From contig OX597814.1 of NCBI GenBank assembly GCA_951406725.2, forward strand, positions 145,328,001-145,392,000: a stretch of DNA of 64,000 nt. Reading direction: 5' to 3'. The translations under genes and the position numbers were made by a program. The notes beneath the pieces are model-generated. The model was not told the origin of the DNA and did not search any database. It was given only the letters and a program-made list of their open reading frames with translations. Of the stretch, positions 11,400-27,467 are shown piece after piece. Source of the stretch: Octopus vulgaris. Taxonomy: Eukaryota. Every line of letters starts with the position of its first letter. Within the stretch, counting starts at the first letter, position 1.

Positions 11400-13835
11400 T
11401 GACACACCACTAGCAAGTACAGGCAGAATCTCTGCTCCACCTTACCAATGCTTCTTCCACGGACTAAATGGAGGAAATGGCGCTGCAACAAACCAAGGAA
11501 AATTATATACTGGATCTTTGTTCCCCAAAACAATACAGACATTATCCATAATGTTAAAATGACACTGATGCTGGTCTTGGATCAAAACATAATAGAGCTA
11601 TCTATGTATGGACCAGACATACAGCCTATACGAAGCACACAAAGTCTCTCCGTACTAAATTTTCATAAAGCAAATTGGAAGTTGATTGAGAAAGCGATCC
11701 TCAAACAGGATTGGCCTAAATGTCTTTCCACACCAGACATTGACATGAAACAAACATTTCATGTTCGTAATACAAACCATATGTGACAAATCTGTCCAGA
11801 TGTGCAGGGTCAACATACACAAAACTGGATTCCTAGGGAAAGGGAGATATTTATGAGACGACGGTCAAACACTGCGAACCGCCTGAGCAATCACCCTAAA
11901 AATGGTGAGAAGTCTCGCCTGGAGAGAGCGCTATTGGAAATTGGGAAAAGTCTGCATCAGTCTCATGAAAAGGAGAGGAGATAAAGAAACTTGAGTTATA
12001 GAAAATATCAAGTCGAAACCTATAGCTTTCTTTAAGTTTGTCAAAGAAACATCCTCAGTACGCCACAAGATAGGAACCCTCTTTCAAAAATATGGTTCCC
12101 TCACAAGAAACCCCATGTAGATAAGTGAAATGAACAGTTTTAAAGTGAATGAACAATTCCAAAGTGTGTTCAATACAGCTCTTGGACACGGGCAAGTGAA
12201 CAAGCCAGCAGAATTCTTTGCCACTTTACCTGTAACCAAAAAGGGGAAAATTGAGTACATAAACATTGCAGATGTAACGCTGCTGACTCTGATAGATCTC
12301 CAGCAGTCCTTCTCTAATTGTGCAAACTAGCCTTTTCAAAAGCACTGCAGCTTTGTTTTTTCAGAGCTTTCTTGCAGGTGGTAAGCTCCAAGACAAACTG
12401 AAGGAAGGGATAATGTGCCCTCTCCATAAAGGAGGAAGCAGAGCAGATGGTAAAAATTAAAGGCATCACACATCAGCAAAGACATGGAATGAATAGTCTG
12501 CAAGAAACTAATCAAGTTCCTTGAAGAAAATGACTTGCTGACTGCCACCCAGCATGGATTTCGACCAGGTTGAATCTGTCTAACACAACTCTTGCAACGC
12601 TACGACAAGGTCTTAAATGAATCAAGTGGAGTTGTGAAACATCTCGACTTTGAAAAAGCCTTTGATAAAGTGGACCATTGTATGATATGTCGCAAACTGC
12701 GTGATCCAGGCGGAAAACTTGGAGAGTGGCTGCACGACTTTCTAATGGACTGAGGTCAGGCAGTAGAGGACAAAGGAGCCACATCCAAGGAAACACAAAT
12801 AGCACGTGGTTATCCACAGACTACCGCTATCCATAGTAGCCCCCTGAGAATGCTCTCATATGCTCATGTAGGTACCTTTACTAGCTATGCAGATGACACA
12901 AAAGACTCTCAGACAATACAAAATCCTGGAAATACAGCACATCTGCAACGAAAGTGGGACGCAATATACAGATGGGCTGAAGACAACAACAAGCGGTTTA
13001 ATGCAGGAATATTCCAAGCCCTGCGCTACAAGTGCACAAAACTGGACGACATGCAGACTGGATACACTGGCCCAGGAGGAATTGCAATCCCTGAATCGAA
13101 ATCACTACGTGACGTGAGCATTGATATGAGCAATGAGGCATCTTTCCAAGTAATTATTACTAATTTGGTAATAAAATGCAAACGGCTAGCTGGATGGATC
13201 CTCCAAAATTTCAACAGAAGAGAAAAAGAGACATTGATAGTTCTTGGATGACTACTGCTCCCAACTATGGTTACTACACAACGGTAGAACTGGAAGCGAT
13301 CCAACGAAGCTACACTAAGAAAAGCGTCTCAATGTAACGTATCAACTACTGGGAAGGACTGAAAAAGTTAAAACTCTTCTCTCTAGAATGAAATCTAAAA
13401 AGTTATGCAATCATATACACCTGGAAAATCCTGGAAGGCCTTGTACCAAACCTCGGCATTCAAAGTTACTCAAACAGCAGAACGGGGCGACACTACATAG
13501 TGCCAAAGATCCTAGCATTGCCATCAAAATACAGGATCAGATACTGCAACAGCTTAGGTTTCAAAGGCCCACAACACTTCAGTATCCTTCCAGAATGTCT
13601 GAGAGACCTGCATGGTGTGGATGTAACTTCAAAACAAAACTGGATCTCTTTCCGTCAAGGGTTCCAGATGAGGCTACCTCACGGCAGGAAACACAGATGA
13701 GGGCTGCGGCATCACATACATTCATTGACAAAATGCTACATATAAGAAGAGGTTTCGAATCATGGTGGAGCATAGCCAACGGTGGTGCCCCAGCATGACC
13801 GCAATTTTGAAGGTGAAATATTTTAAAGATTAAAG

Positions 13836-13838
<3 letters not shown>
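11400..13838 (+). mobile_element. Decayed CR1-group LINE (APE C-terminus, RT and 3' end)
   Basis: Fragments NFHKANWKLIEKAILKQDW, QHGFRPG, DFEKAFDKVDH, YADDT, ELEAIQRSYTK, YTWKILEGLVPN, FKTKLDLF..RVPDE; many stops/frameshifts; ends in AAAGATT repeats. Confidence 0.85.
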
Positions 13839-13889
<51 letters not shown>

Positions 13890-13908
13890 CATATATATGT
13901 GTGTGTGC

Positions 13909-13948
<40 letters not shown>

Positions 13949-14111
13949 GTTATCGCCATACTAATATGGCATTCTTATAAAAATAAGAAAAAAGCTGTCC
14001 GCTTATTAGCTCCATGAGGCCATCGCCTTAAGTTAGCTATTTGATACACAAACTGTATCCATATAACCTTCGAACAAGGGAGGTCAGTCGCTCCACACTA
14101 CCTGACCGGCA

Positions 14112-14153
14112 GCTACAGACGCGTTTCGGGGTATTGCCCCTTTTCAATGCAGC
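14112..14153 (-). ncRNA. Type I minimal hammerhead ribozyme, U3:A8 variant, copy 1
   Basis: Minus strand GCTGCA-TTGAAAA-GGGG-CAATA-CCCC-GAA-ACGCGT-C-TGTAGC; GUC triplet; stem I extends via TGGCTGGC/GCCGGTCA past an internal loop. Confidence 0.85.
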
Positions 14154-14454
14154 GTAGCCAGCCAGTAGGTGTCGCTTCCGACAATCTCTGTTCGATGGTT
14201 TTATTTACCTAGTTTCGGTGGAATACATCCACTTGTTTTCAATAATAGAAATATTAAAATAACTAATAAACAGCGGCAGGTTCCCGAAATATATTATCGC
14301 CATATAATATGGCATTCTTATAAAAATAAGAAAAAAGCTGTCCGCTTATTAGCTCCATGAGGCCATCGCCTTAAGTTAGCTATTTGATACACAAACTGTA
14401 TCCATATAACCTTCGAACAAGGGAGGTCACTCGCTCCACACTACCTGACCGGCA

Positions 14455-14496
14455 GCTACAGACGCGTTTCGGGGTATTGCCCCTTTTCAATGCAGC
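14455..14496 (-). ncRNA. Type I minimal hammerhead ribozyme, U3:A8 variant, copy 2
   Basis: Identical to 14112-14153, offset by 343 bp. Confidence 0.85.
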
Positions 14497-14737
14497 GTAG
14501 CCAGCCAGTAGGTGTCGCTTCCGACAATCTCTGTTCGATGGTTTTATTTACCTAGTTTCGGTGGAATATGGATACAGTTTGTGTATCAAATAGCTAATAA
14601 GGCGATGGCCTCATGGATATAAGCGGACAGCTTTTTCTTATTTTTATAAGAATGCCATATTAGTATGGCGATAACTATTATTTTCCGGGAACGCTGCCGC
14701 TGTTCTCTTTTAGAGGACTTAGTTATTTTAATATTTC

Positions 14738-14819
<82 letters not shown>

Positions 14820-15204
14820 GCACAAATATATGCATATACATTTACTTCCATATGCGTGTGTGTAGGTGTGCGCGCGCGCGTGTACATGTACATATTAACA
14901 CATATTACTGGACAAATATTACACCTTCGCTGGTGAATATCGAGGAAATACTTTCGGTTTCGTTAAGTAAGTGATATTTGTTATTCTCAAAGGCAACTGA
15001 ACCATTTCAGATTATCTTGACCATTACAAAACGTATTATATTTTAGGTTTCATATACTTACTGTTTGTTTAATTATACAATCATGATTAATTATACTTTT
15101 TAAATTAGTTTGATGTAATGGCGAGATAGGATATGCCATTTGCAGCTTGCAAAATCTTTGACTCCTTTAGACTATGTTAAAACGTTTTCCATTCCTAATC
15201 CATC

Positions 15205-15436
<232 letters not shown>

Positions 15437-16611
15437 TATCTAACGCTTCCCTTTGAAGTATATATATATATATAAATACAAAATGGGACAAGAACGCAAA
15501 ACATTCGGACAGGTGATACAAAAATGGGACAACAAATTATCCGGATAGACGATACAAAGGAAACAAGGACGGGTCATTCTAAGCTTTCTTTCCTATATAT
15601 ATTTCGAGTTCTTTCTACAGGTTATTAGTGCCGCTATGGCTAAGTGAAACGTATATATATATATATATACTTAGTTTGATACTGTGTGTACTGTGTTCCC
15701 CGAAGACGGCATGGTGCTTCATAACTCTTAGTTTGTTAGTTTAACCTTCTTTATTACATGGTTGAAGCTGTGATGTCTACTAGCTCTGTAGCGCGTACAG
15801 TTATACGGCTTATAGAGAAACGAAATTCGATTCGATTGAACGATGTTGCACAATTTTTCCAAGTTCCACCCCTCTCTATCTTTAATGCCTCTCTTTCCCT
15901 CTCTCCCTCTTTCTCCCTTTCTCTGTCTCCCGCACACTTCCACGCGCATACATATAAGGTTCCTTCAATTTTTTTTGTTTTAATTCCTTGTACAGGAAAT
16001 TCTATTTATTTTTCACTCTCATAATATGATGGAAACTTTTTGCACGGTCCGTGCATTTTAATTTTAGTAGAGAACTACAAAATAAATATTCAAAAAATAA
16101 AAATACCCTCCAAATTTATTTCGGCTTAGCTAATCACTTTTCAGCTCCTTTTGTAGTAATCGGAGAATCAGAGCAGTTTCAATTGAGATCTTCCCGTAAA
16201 CTTGTTGGATCTAAAATACTTGAAATTGCCATCGGCTAAGCGAGATAACAGATTTTAATATGAAGCTCTTCACGGCCTGACATGGATCGGTGTAGAATGT
16301 CGTTGCTTAATCAGGTGAGTGACTAATCAGGCAATCAGCGTATAGTAAACGGTAAGTTACGCGCTAACCGCATTAGAAAACCTTTTTATGGAGTTTAAAT
16401 TGCCAAAACTACAAAACAATACAAATCCATTCTTCCAATTGAGAAAAATTCAAGTGGCAGTCAACAAAAGCAGAGTAGAAAAACAGAACGTGCAATGGGA
16501 ATTTTACATACATATGTACATACATACATACATACATATGTACGTACGTACATACATAAGTACATGCATGCGTATGTACATGCATAGGCACATACATACA
16601 TTCGTACATGC

Positions 16612-16651
<40 letters not shown>

Positions 16652-16726
16652 GAGGGGTATATACATACACATATATATATATGTGTGTGTATGTATAGGC
16701 AAGTATTTGCGCGTAATTACACGCAC

Positions 16727-16770
<44 letters not shown>

Positions 16771-17313
16771 GATATATACATATATTATATATACATATAT
16801 TATATATACATATTAAATATATGCATATACATGTGCTTCTGTTTGTGTGTGTAATATTAAAACCAAAAACAACTTAAGACTAGAAACCTATATTTAGGGT
16901 AATAGCAAATGTTAGCGATAAAGATAGTGAAGATGATGATGATGATGGTGGTAGTGGTGGTGGTGCTGATGATGAGTTTGGTAGTAGTAGTAGTAGTAGT
17001 AGTGGTAGTGATCTAATAATACTACTAGTGTTAATAATATTTTTGACAAAGTTTTTAAATGTTAGTTTATAGCTGCACTTGTTTGGCGTTTCTCGTTCGT
17101 TTCCTCATTGCTGTCATTATCGTATTTGTCTCCGCTACCAGCACCAATACTAGCACCATCACCATCACCATCACCATCACCACCACCACTTCCAGCCACA
17201 TCACCGTCACATTTAACGGCACCACGATCACCACCAACGAGATCCTTAGCCTCAGTCGCAACAGTACTTCCACTGCCACCGTCAGCATAATCATTATCAT
17301 CTTTATCGGGATT

Positions 17314-18619
<1,306 letters not shown>

Positions 18620-18623
18620 AATC

Positions 18624-18657
<34 letters not shown>

Positions 18658-18667
18658 TAATAATAAT

Positions 18668-18883
18668 GGTTCCAAATTTTGACACAATGCCAGCAATTTA
18701 GGGGAGGGGATAAGTTGATTGTATCGACCCCAGTGTTCAGCTGGTACGTAATTTATGGACACCGAAAGGATGAAAGGCAAAGCCGATCTTAGCGGAATTG
18801 GAACTCAGAACCTAAAAAACCGGGAAGACATGCCGCTAAGCATTTTGTCTAGAGTGCTGACAACTTTACCAGTTCACCGCCTT
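18668..18883 (-). mobile_element. SINE family B (tRNA head, Meta-like core, (TTA)n tail)
   Basis: Family sense motif GAGTTCAAATTCCGCCGAGGTCGACTTTGCCTTTCATCCTTTCGGGGTCGATAAA resembles the MetaSINE core; many copies in the window. Confidence 0.85.
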
Positions 18884-19248
18884 AAAATAATAATGATAAT
18901 AATAATGATGATGATGATAATAATGATAATAATAATAATAATGATGATAATAATGATAAATAGAAATAACAAAAGATCACGCTTATAAAATATAAAGCAA
19001 AACAGAAAAATTGAAGAATGAAAAGAAAATATAAAAGAACTTCAACAACAAAGGAAACAGAAACAAACTGGTTGATCAGAATAGCTGACCAAAAAGATTG
19101 ACAACAATAGACACCGAATCAATATAGTTCATAATAATGTTTCTTCGTAGAAATTGGCAAAAAGAAGCGATTGGTTAATAAGAGGCAATATCTAGTTTAA
19201 AATGCGATGCAAAGAGAATAGGAATTCAATTGGGTTAGAATGGCAGGA

Positions 19249-19313
<65 letters not shown>

Positions 19314-19858
19314 CATGTATTTATGTATGCATATATGTATGTGTGTGTGTGTGTGCTATCTAAAGTTTCTTTGTCCTTCTACACTATACTTCTCTCTATA
19401 TTTTGTCTTTTTCACTTTTCCGCCATTTTTTAGTCGTACCTTTTCGATACTTTCTACACTCTCACTCTCTTTATCTAGTTTTTCTTCTATTTTACAAACA
19501 CACACACATACACACACATACACACACACACACACACTACACCCATATACACACAAGCACAAACACTCACGGACAGGGACAGGCACACGCACAAGACACA
19601 CGTACACACACATAGACACAAAATGGCAGCACACACGTGCCGAAGTTACAGGAGTTGTCTTTATATTCAATATCCATTCCCTCTTTTTCGCTTTCTCTTT
19701 CCTTCTCCTTAAGCCCTCCCTCTGTTCTTTCTTTATTTGCTGTCTAATTTCCTATACAGTGTTAACAGCCTATCAAATCGTTTCAATCTTTCTTCCTTTT
19801 CCAACAGATTCACGCAGACTGAAACATATTTACATACAAAGAGACACACACACTGGCA

Positions 19859-19922
<64 letters not shown>

Positions 19923-20070
19923 CATATGTATATATGCATCATTGTACATATAAGTATGCACCTCTGTGTGCATGTGTCCATCTATCTATCAATTTGCTCA
20001 TATACATGCATGCGTATACTCACACACACATATATACATGATTATGCATATATATGTATATATGAATGTA

Positions 20071-20123
<53 letters not shown>

Positions 20124-20182
20124 GAGTGTGTGTGTATATGTGTGTCTGCACGCGTGTGTATATATAAATATGTATACATACG

Positions 20183-20218
<36 letters not shown>

Positions 20219-20457
20219 TATGTACTTATGTATATGTCTGTGGGTATTTGGGTACTTCAACCATTACATGTTCTATCGTAGGCAAAACGATGTGGTATAT
20301 ACGCATATATGTATGTACATATGTATATGTGAGTGTGCGCGCGCGGGCGTATGCATGTATGTGTGTGTGTGGCTATACATGTATTGCATACATGTACATC
20401 CAAATACAGAGAGACTTAGAAATAAGGGGAGAGTTGGAGGAAGAAAGAGGGAAAGGG

Positions 20458-20507
<50 letters not shown>

Positions 20508-21617
20508 AAAGTGAAAGACTAAGGCAAGGAAGACAGAAACGTATTGATATGTATGTAGATTGATAGCTATAAATACATACCATCGTTTATATTGTTTCCT
20601 AACCATTGTCTCGATTTAGAGCAGAAAATGAGGAATAAAAATAAATAAATAAATAAATAAAAGGAAAACAATGCAATAAATAAATAAAAAAAACTTACAA
20701 CAAAGGATTCCAGTAAAGTAAAAAACAAACAAACAAAAAAGAATTCTAAGCACTTGAATAATCGAAGTGTTGATTTAATACCAAACTTTTCTTAGTTTCG
20801 CCTACAGCTTTCTGGGCTTTCTGCTTTAAGAATTCATCTATTTCCTTCATTATTACAACTATTATTATTGTTAATGCTCGTTTTCTTTCTTTTCCTCATT
20901 CCTTCTCCTTCACCTCTTCATTTTATATTATTATTATATTCATCACCATTATCATTATCATCATTATTTGTTGCTGTTGGTATTATTGTTGTTCTTGCTG
21001 TTAGTGTTAGTGTTCCGGCATTTGTTCATGTTGCCTTTGTTTTGTTGTCAGATCAAAGAAGTCGTTATTCATTTAGATGTAAAGCTTTCAATGGACTTTG
21101 CTTATATCATCACTGGTAATCTTCAGTGAAAACCGGATGCAAATGCTTAAGTGTTTCACTGTCAGCTCGTTCTAAATGTACATACTTCTTTTCATATTTT
21201 CTGACCGAGTATCTATCAGTCTCTATGTTATTGCTGTTGTTTTTATTTTTATCGTTGTCCTTCTTTTTGCTATGGTTTACGCTCATTTCGCCCTTATTCG
21301 TTTAGATCTATCATAAAAGGTATTCCAGGCATAATGATTCGGAGTTTTATAAGATATAGTATACCTATGGAAATAACTTCATTATGTCCTTTGAAAATTA
21401 GACGTGCGATTCGAAAGACGTTTGGCTACTACATCTAGCACGTCTAATGACAATAGAGAAGTTCCCTTTTCAGCTTTCTTGTCCTCTCATATCTGTGGCT
21501 GATGTTGTTACACATAAATTCATGTCACAATGGAAATATAAACATCAGGTTTATATCTCGATATGTACAAATCTTGAATTGGAGAAACAATATAAGAGGA
21601 AACGAATAGTAAACATG

Positions 21618-21887
21618 TTTGGTGCTACAGTATGGCCGCAGTCAAATGACTGAAACAAGTAAAAGAGTAAAAGAGTGGGGTGTACAAAAATCTAAAAGCG
21701 TGACTGCGTGTCTAAGAAGCTTGCTTCCCAACCACATGGTTTCAGGCTCAGTCCCACTGCGTGGTACCTTGGGCAAGTGTCTTCTACTTTCACCTCAGGC
21801 TGGTCAAAGCTTTATGTGTGGATTTGGTGAACGGAAATTAAAAGAAACCCGTCGTGTATACATACATACATACATACATATATTGAT

Positions 21888-21983
<96 letters not shown>

Positions 21984-22497
21984 CTGTGTTTGTGGGGGCG
22001 TTTTTTGTGTCTATGCTTGTCCCTCACTACTAGTCGACACATTGTAGTCCCGTGTGTCAGAAATTCAAAAGAATGAACAAATTATAACAAATTATATAGG
22101 CGCAGGAGTGGCTGTGTGGTAAGTAGCTTGTCTACCAACCACATGGTTCCGGGTTCAGTCCCACTGCGTGGCACCTTGGGCAAGTGTTTTCTACTATAGC
22201 CTCGGGCCGACCAAAGCCTTGTGAGTGGATTTGGTAGACGGAAACTGAAAGAAGCCTGTCGTATATATGTATATATATATAAATATGCGTGTGTGTGTTT
22301 GTGTGTCTGTTTGTCCCCTAGCATTGCTTGACAACCGATGCTGGTGTGTTTATGTCCCCGTTACTTAGCGGTTCGGCAAAAGAGACCGATAGAATAAGTA
22401 CTGGGCTTACAAAAGAATAAGTCCCGGGGTCGAGTTGCTCGATTAAAGGCGGTGCTCCAGCATGGCCGCAGTCAAATGACTGAAACAAGTAACAGAG
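21618..22497 (+). mobile_element. SINE family A cluster (tail stub, partial copy, full copy 22099-22497)
   Basis: GGCGCAGGAGTGGCTGTGTGGTAAG...GGTTCAGTCCC head; tail GGCGGTGCTCCAGCATGGCCGCAGTCAAATGACTGAAAC. Confidence 0.9.
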
Positions 22498-23432
22498 GGT
22501 AATATGGGGTGCTTCAAGCAGAATTACGCCCTTATTAAAACAATCAGAACAAGGAATTCCACCCGCAATCTACGTGCCACTCGAAGAGAGTGGTAACAGC
22601 TCTAGCTAGGTCATTCATGGCATTAGACTTACGTTCTAAACGTGTAGTTGTTTCAAAATAACACAATACTCCGCAGTTTATATTGTTCTTGTATGCCCAG
22701 GTTAAGATAGATGTTTCATTAAATTTTTGTTCTCGTGTGAAAAAGCGTAAAAGAAAATTTGAAATGGAAACAATTTTAATGCAGAATTTTTAGAGAACCT
22801 TTATAATGCATGATTTCTAAAATAGGAAGATATGCTTAATCTATTTTTGCATTTATATTTCAAGTATTTACATTCATATTTTAATTTTAAAAGGAAAGAA
22901 AGCAGAAACGATGGAAATACTCTTCGCGTTTAAAATGCATCCACCAACGGAATGAAATTAGTGACGTCGACTGGTCTTTGAAATTGAGTTCTCTCCTTTA
23001 AAGTACCGTAGTATGGGAATGTGGAATGCGTGTGTGTGTGTGTGGGTGTGTGGGTGTGTGTGTGTCTGTGTGTGTGATGAAAGCTCTGAAGCTGCCATGA
23101 TTACTTTTAAAAGATAGGTAAGGGATTGTAGACAGTCTTTTTATCATAGGCTTTATGAAGAATGAAAAAGAGTGTACGTCTTCGTTCGAGATGAGCTATT
23201 TCAAGATTTAGAATATTTCGAATTTGAAAACCATTTCAACTTCGCTGTTTTCATGTACATGAATCTCTCTCTCATCCTTCTGAAGATTTCTTTCTTTTTC
23301 TTCTTTTTACTTAAAAGATTAATGTAAAACAGATTAGATATGTGCACCATCTTTAAAGTGTTGGTAACAACTTCCTAACGCGTAATATGTATGTATAATC
23401 TATGTATCGATTGATGTGCGTATGTAGGCATT

Positions 23433-23463
<31 letters not shown>

Positions 23464-23490
23464 GCATATATGCATACATACACACACACG

Positions 23491-23540
<50 letters not shown>

Positions 23541-24104
23541 ATATTTATATACATATATATATATATATTTATAAGTATATATATATATATTTGGCTGTAT
23601 ATAGTCAGAAAAGAACAGCCTGCTCAGTGTTAAATAGATATATGCGTATGTACAGTGCAAACGTTGTCAGAAATAGACATTTCTGCTTCTATTACATATA
23701 CTGACATTCAATTAAACACAAATCACACGCATATCGGAACAATTATTACACTAATACAGATACATACATGCATAAATATATGTACGTACATATGTATGTA
23801 TGTATGCGTGTATATATGTATAGCGCTATGTTCAATCCAACCAAGAATATTTAAAGATACACGTGTTCTTTTTTCCTATTTGTGAGCTTGCGAACAGCTA
23901 GAATATTTAAAATTACACAGAAAAACCTAATACACATGAATACAAACAAAAATAAATGATACTGCAAATAGCAAAACCTTCGAGGGATATTGTGATTTCA
24001 CTTGAGCGTGGAGTTTAAAACCGATACAGCTAATTCAATAGTTAGTTCCCGTGGGATGTATTAGTCATGAAGATTATAACAAACCATACAAGAAGAGGCA
24101 TTCC

Positions 24105-24161
<57 letters not shown>

Positions 24162-24176
24162 GTATGTATATATGAG

Positions 24177-24225
<49 letters not shown>

Positions 24226-24246
24226 GTATGTATATATGAGTATGTA

Positions 24247-24287
<41 letters not shown>

Positions 24288-24329
24288 GCACGCATGCTTA
24301 TACATACATATATTTATACATATATATAT

Positions 24330-24372
<43 letters not shown>

Positions 24373-24680
24373 CATACATTGTATAATTATATATGTCTAT
24401 ATGAATGTGTGTGTGTATATATAAATTGATATGCCTATATGTTGTTTTGTGTATGTATGCACAGATACATACATATCTTATAGTAACATGAGAGGTTTCA
24501 TTGCTTTTTTTTTTACCCCTCTCTCACACACACGTGGATGCATGCACACGCATTCATTTATAAAACGTACCTACATATATACGTACACGTACATACAGAC
24601 AGAGAGACACACACATACATATTCATATGTGTATATGAATATATCTCTGTATCATGTTTACATAAACATACCAACACACA

Positions 24681-24760
<80 letters not shown>

Positions 24761-25094
24761 ACTGTTATAACAGCAACAATTATATTAAGGACAGCAGCTG
24801 GGAATGACAGCAAGCGTATCAATATCTGAATGTCGAACATATTCATGGCTATACACCCAAACCTTTGAAATAGTTTTGTATTCACGGGATAATGTTTTGA
24901 CGTGAAACAAGTCCTGATATTATTTCATTGAAGATTTTCACCCTTCTAAAACATAAAAATGTATATAAGAAAATAAAATGACCAAACGGATGCGTGGAAG
25001 CTAAGGAAGTATATGGCAGCAAGTTAGAAATTGTATGCTGAAGAGGAAAGGGAATAAAGTAAGCTGTCGAAACAGCTCGTCAATAAAACATGTG

Positions 25095-25208
25095 TTGGTG
25101 ATGATGATGATGATGATGAGGATGGTTATGACGACAATAACGATGAGGAAGATGGTGAATATGAGAACAATGTGACGATGATGATAATGATAATAATGAC
25201 GATGATGG

Positions 25209-25252
<44 letters not shown>

Positions 25253-25272
25253 GTGTTGGTGATGATGGAGAA

Positions 25273-25306
<34 letters not shown>

Positions 25307-25982
25307 GCGATGGTGATTATGAAGATGGTTTTGACAATGAAGAGATGGCAAAGATGATGATGAGGACGAAGATGATGATAATGATGATAACGATGATGAG
25401 GATGATGATGATGATGATGATGATGGTAATGCTGGTGATGGATTTGCGTCTATTAATGATTGTGGAAATAATGTTGGTGATGATGATGATAATGATGATG
25501 GCGTTGATGTTGGTTAAGACGATTGTAACGATGATATAAATGATGATGATGTACAAGAGGTGTAGGAAGAGGGGGTAGAAGAGTGGAAGAAGGATTATGG
25601 CGATTCAACGTATGGTGACGATTTTATTATTGGTGGTGGTGATGATGATCATAATGATGATGGTACTGTTGATGGTAATGATAACGATGATGATGATGGT
25701 GGTGGTCGTGGGAATGATGAGGGTATCGATCATGGTGATGATGTGGGAGAAGAGGAGAAAGAGGAGTGGAAAGATGATTATGACGATTAGGACTATGGTG
25801 ATGTTGTTGATGATGATAATGATGATGATGGTAGTGGGGATGGTGGTGATGGTGGTGGTGTTGAGGCTAATGATGATGTCACGGTAATTTTGAAGATTAT
25901 GATGATGATGATGGTGGTGGTGGTGATGGTGAAAGAAGCGATGATAATGATGATGATGATGATGATGTTAATGTTGATGATA
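25095..25982. repeat. Degenerate (GAT)n/(GGT)n low-complexity tract
   Basis: Directly visible. Confidence 0.9.
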
Positions 25983-26084
25983 ATTACATTGGTGGTTAGT
26001 TTTTATAAAGATATGGGACCCTAAAAAAATAGTAGATAAGAAAATTCCAAACAAAATAACGAGGATTAAAAATAAATAAATAGA

Positions 26085-26472
26085 GGCGCAGGCGTGGCTG
26101 TGTAGTAAGTAGCTTGCTTACCAGCCACATGGCTCCAGGTTCAGTCGCACTGCGTGACACCCTGTGCTTCCACAATAGCCTCGGGCCGACCAAACCTTTG
26201 TGAGTGGATTTGGTAGACGGAAACTGAAAGAAGCTCGTCGTATATATATATATATATATATACCTGTGTGTGTGCGTTTGTGTGTCTGTGTTTGTACTCC
26301 AAACACCATTGACAACTGATGTTGGTACGTTTACGTCCTCGTAATTTAGCGGCTCGGCAAAACAGACCGATAGAAAAATACTGGGTTTACAAATAATAAG
26401 TCACGGGGTCGATTTGTTCAACTAAAAGGCGGTGCTACGGCATGGCCACAGTCAAATAAAAGAATAAAAGAA
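26085..26472 (+). mobile_element. SINE family A
   Basis: Head, internal (TA)n and tail match 22099-22497. Confidence 0.9.
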
Positions 26473-26760
26473 TACAACCCCTTAATAATAAACACCAACA
26501 CCAACTGCAAAAACAAAAAATGTAATATATTATGAGAATTTATTTTTGTTTCAGCTTTTTTCAATATTTAAATATAATTAAGTGCACTGTATTAAAGAAA
26601 CTTAAGATCTAGTTAACTTGGAGGTGGGAAAATAAATTATATAAATAAAGAGTCCCATCTGGATTTCAAAGGGAGATTATATGCAATTTTGCACCTCATT
26701 CCTCCCCGCCATCTAAAAATAAAATAAAATACTGAACTCAATTTTAATAACATAAACACA

Positions 26761-26842
<82 letters not shown>

Positions 26843-26917
26843 AACAAACAAACGCACACAAACACACGCACATACACACATACATATACGTGCATGTATA
26901 CAGACATAGATGTGTGT

Positions 26918-27060
26918 AGCGCAGGCATAGCCTTGTGATAAGAAGTTTGCTTCCCAACCACATGATTTCGGGTTCAGTCTCACCGCGTTGCAACTTGGGA
27001 AACTCTCTTCAACTATAGTCTCGGGCCCACGAAGGCCTTGTAAGTAGATTTGTTTTACGG

Positions 27061-27094
<34 letters not shown>

Positions 27095-27467
27095 GCAGGA
27101 GTGGCTCTGTGGAAAGTAGCTTGCTTAGTAACTACATGGTTCCGGATTCGGTCCCACTGCTTAGCACCTTGGGCAAGTGACCAAAGCCTTGTGAGTGGAT
27201 TTGATAGACAGAAACTGAAAGAATCCCGTCGTATATATATATATATATATATATGTATATGTTTGTGTATCTGTCTTTGAACCCCCACCATCGCTTGACA
27301 ACCGATGTTGATGCGTTTACGTCCCCGTAACTTAGCGGTTCCGCGTAAGATACCGATAGAATAAGTACTAGGCTTAGAAAGAATAAGTCATGGGGTTGAT
27401 TTTCTCGACTAAAGGCGGTGCACCAGCATGGCCGCAGTCTGATGGGTGAAACCAATAAGAGATAAAA
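26918..27467 (+). mobile_element. SINE family A (degenerate head plus copy 27092-27467)
   Basis: Matches other family A copies. Confidence 0.85.

Larger units (their letters stand above)
13945..14741 (-). mobile_element. Hammerhead-bearing tandem repeat (343-bp period, ~1.8 units) plus inverted partial copy in (TA)n; Penelope pLTR or retrozyme-like
   Basis: ~13950-14225 is repeated at ~14293-14568; 14567-14741 is an inverted partial copy; (TA)n on both flanks; no meaningful ORF. Confidence 0.85.

Noticed and set aside
15478-15594. Possible pLTR stub between TA runs with GAAAGCTT on the minus strand
   Set aside because: Too short and the core is absent; cannot be supported.
22099-22170. tRNA genes at SINE heads (families A, B, D, E)
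   Set aside because: Only A/B-box similarity without a full cloverleaf; always continuous with a SINE body.
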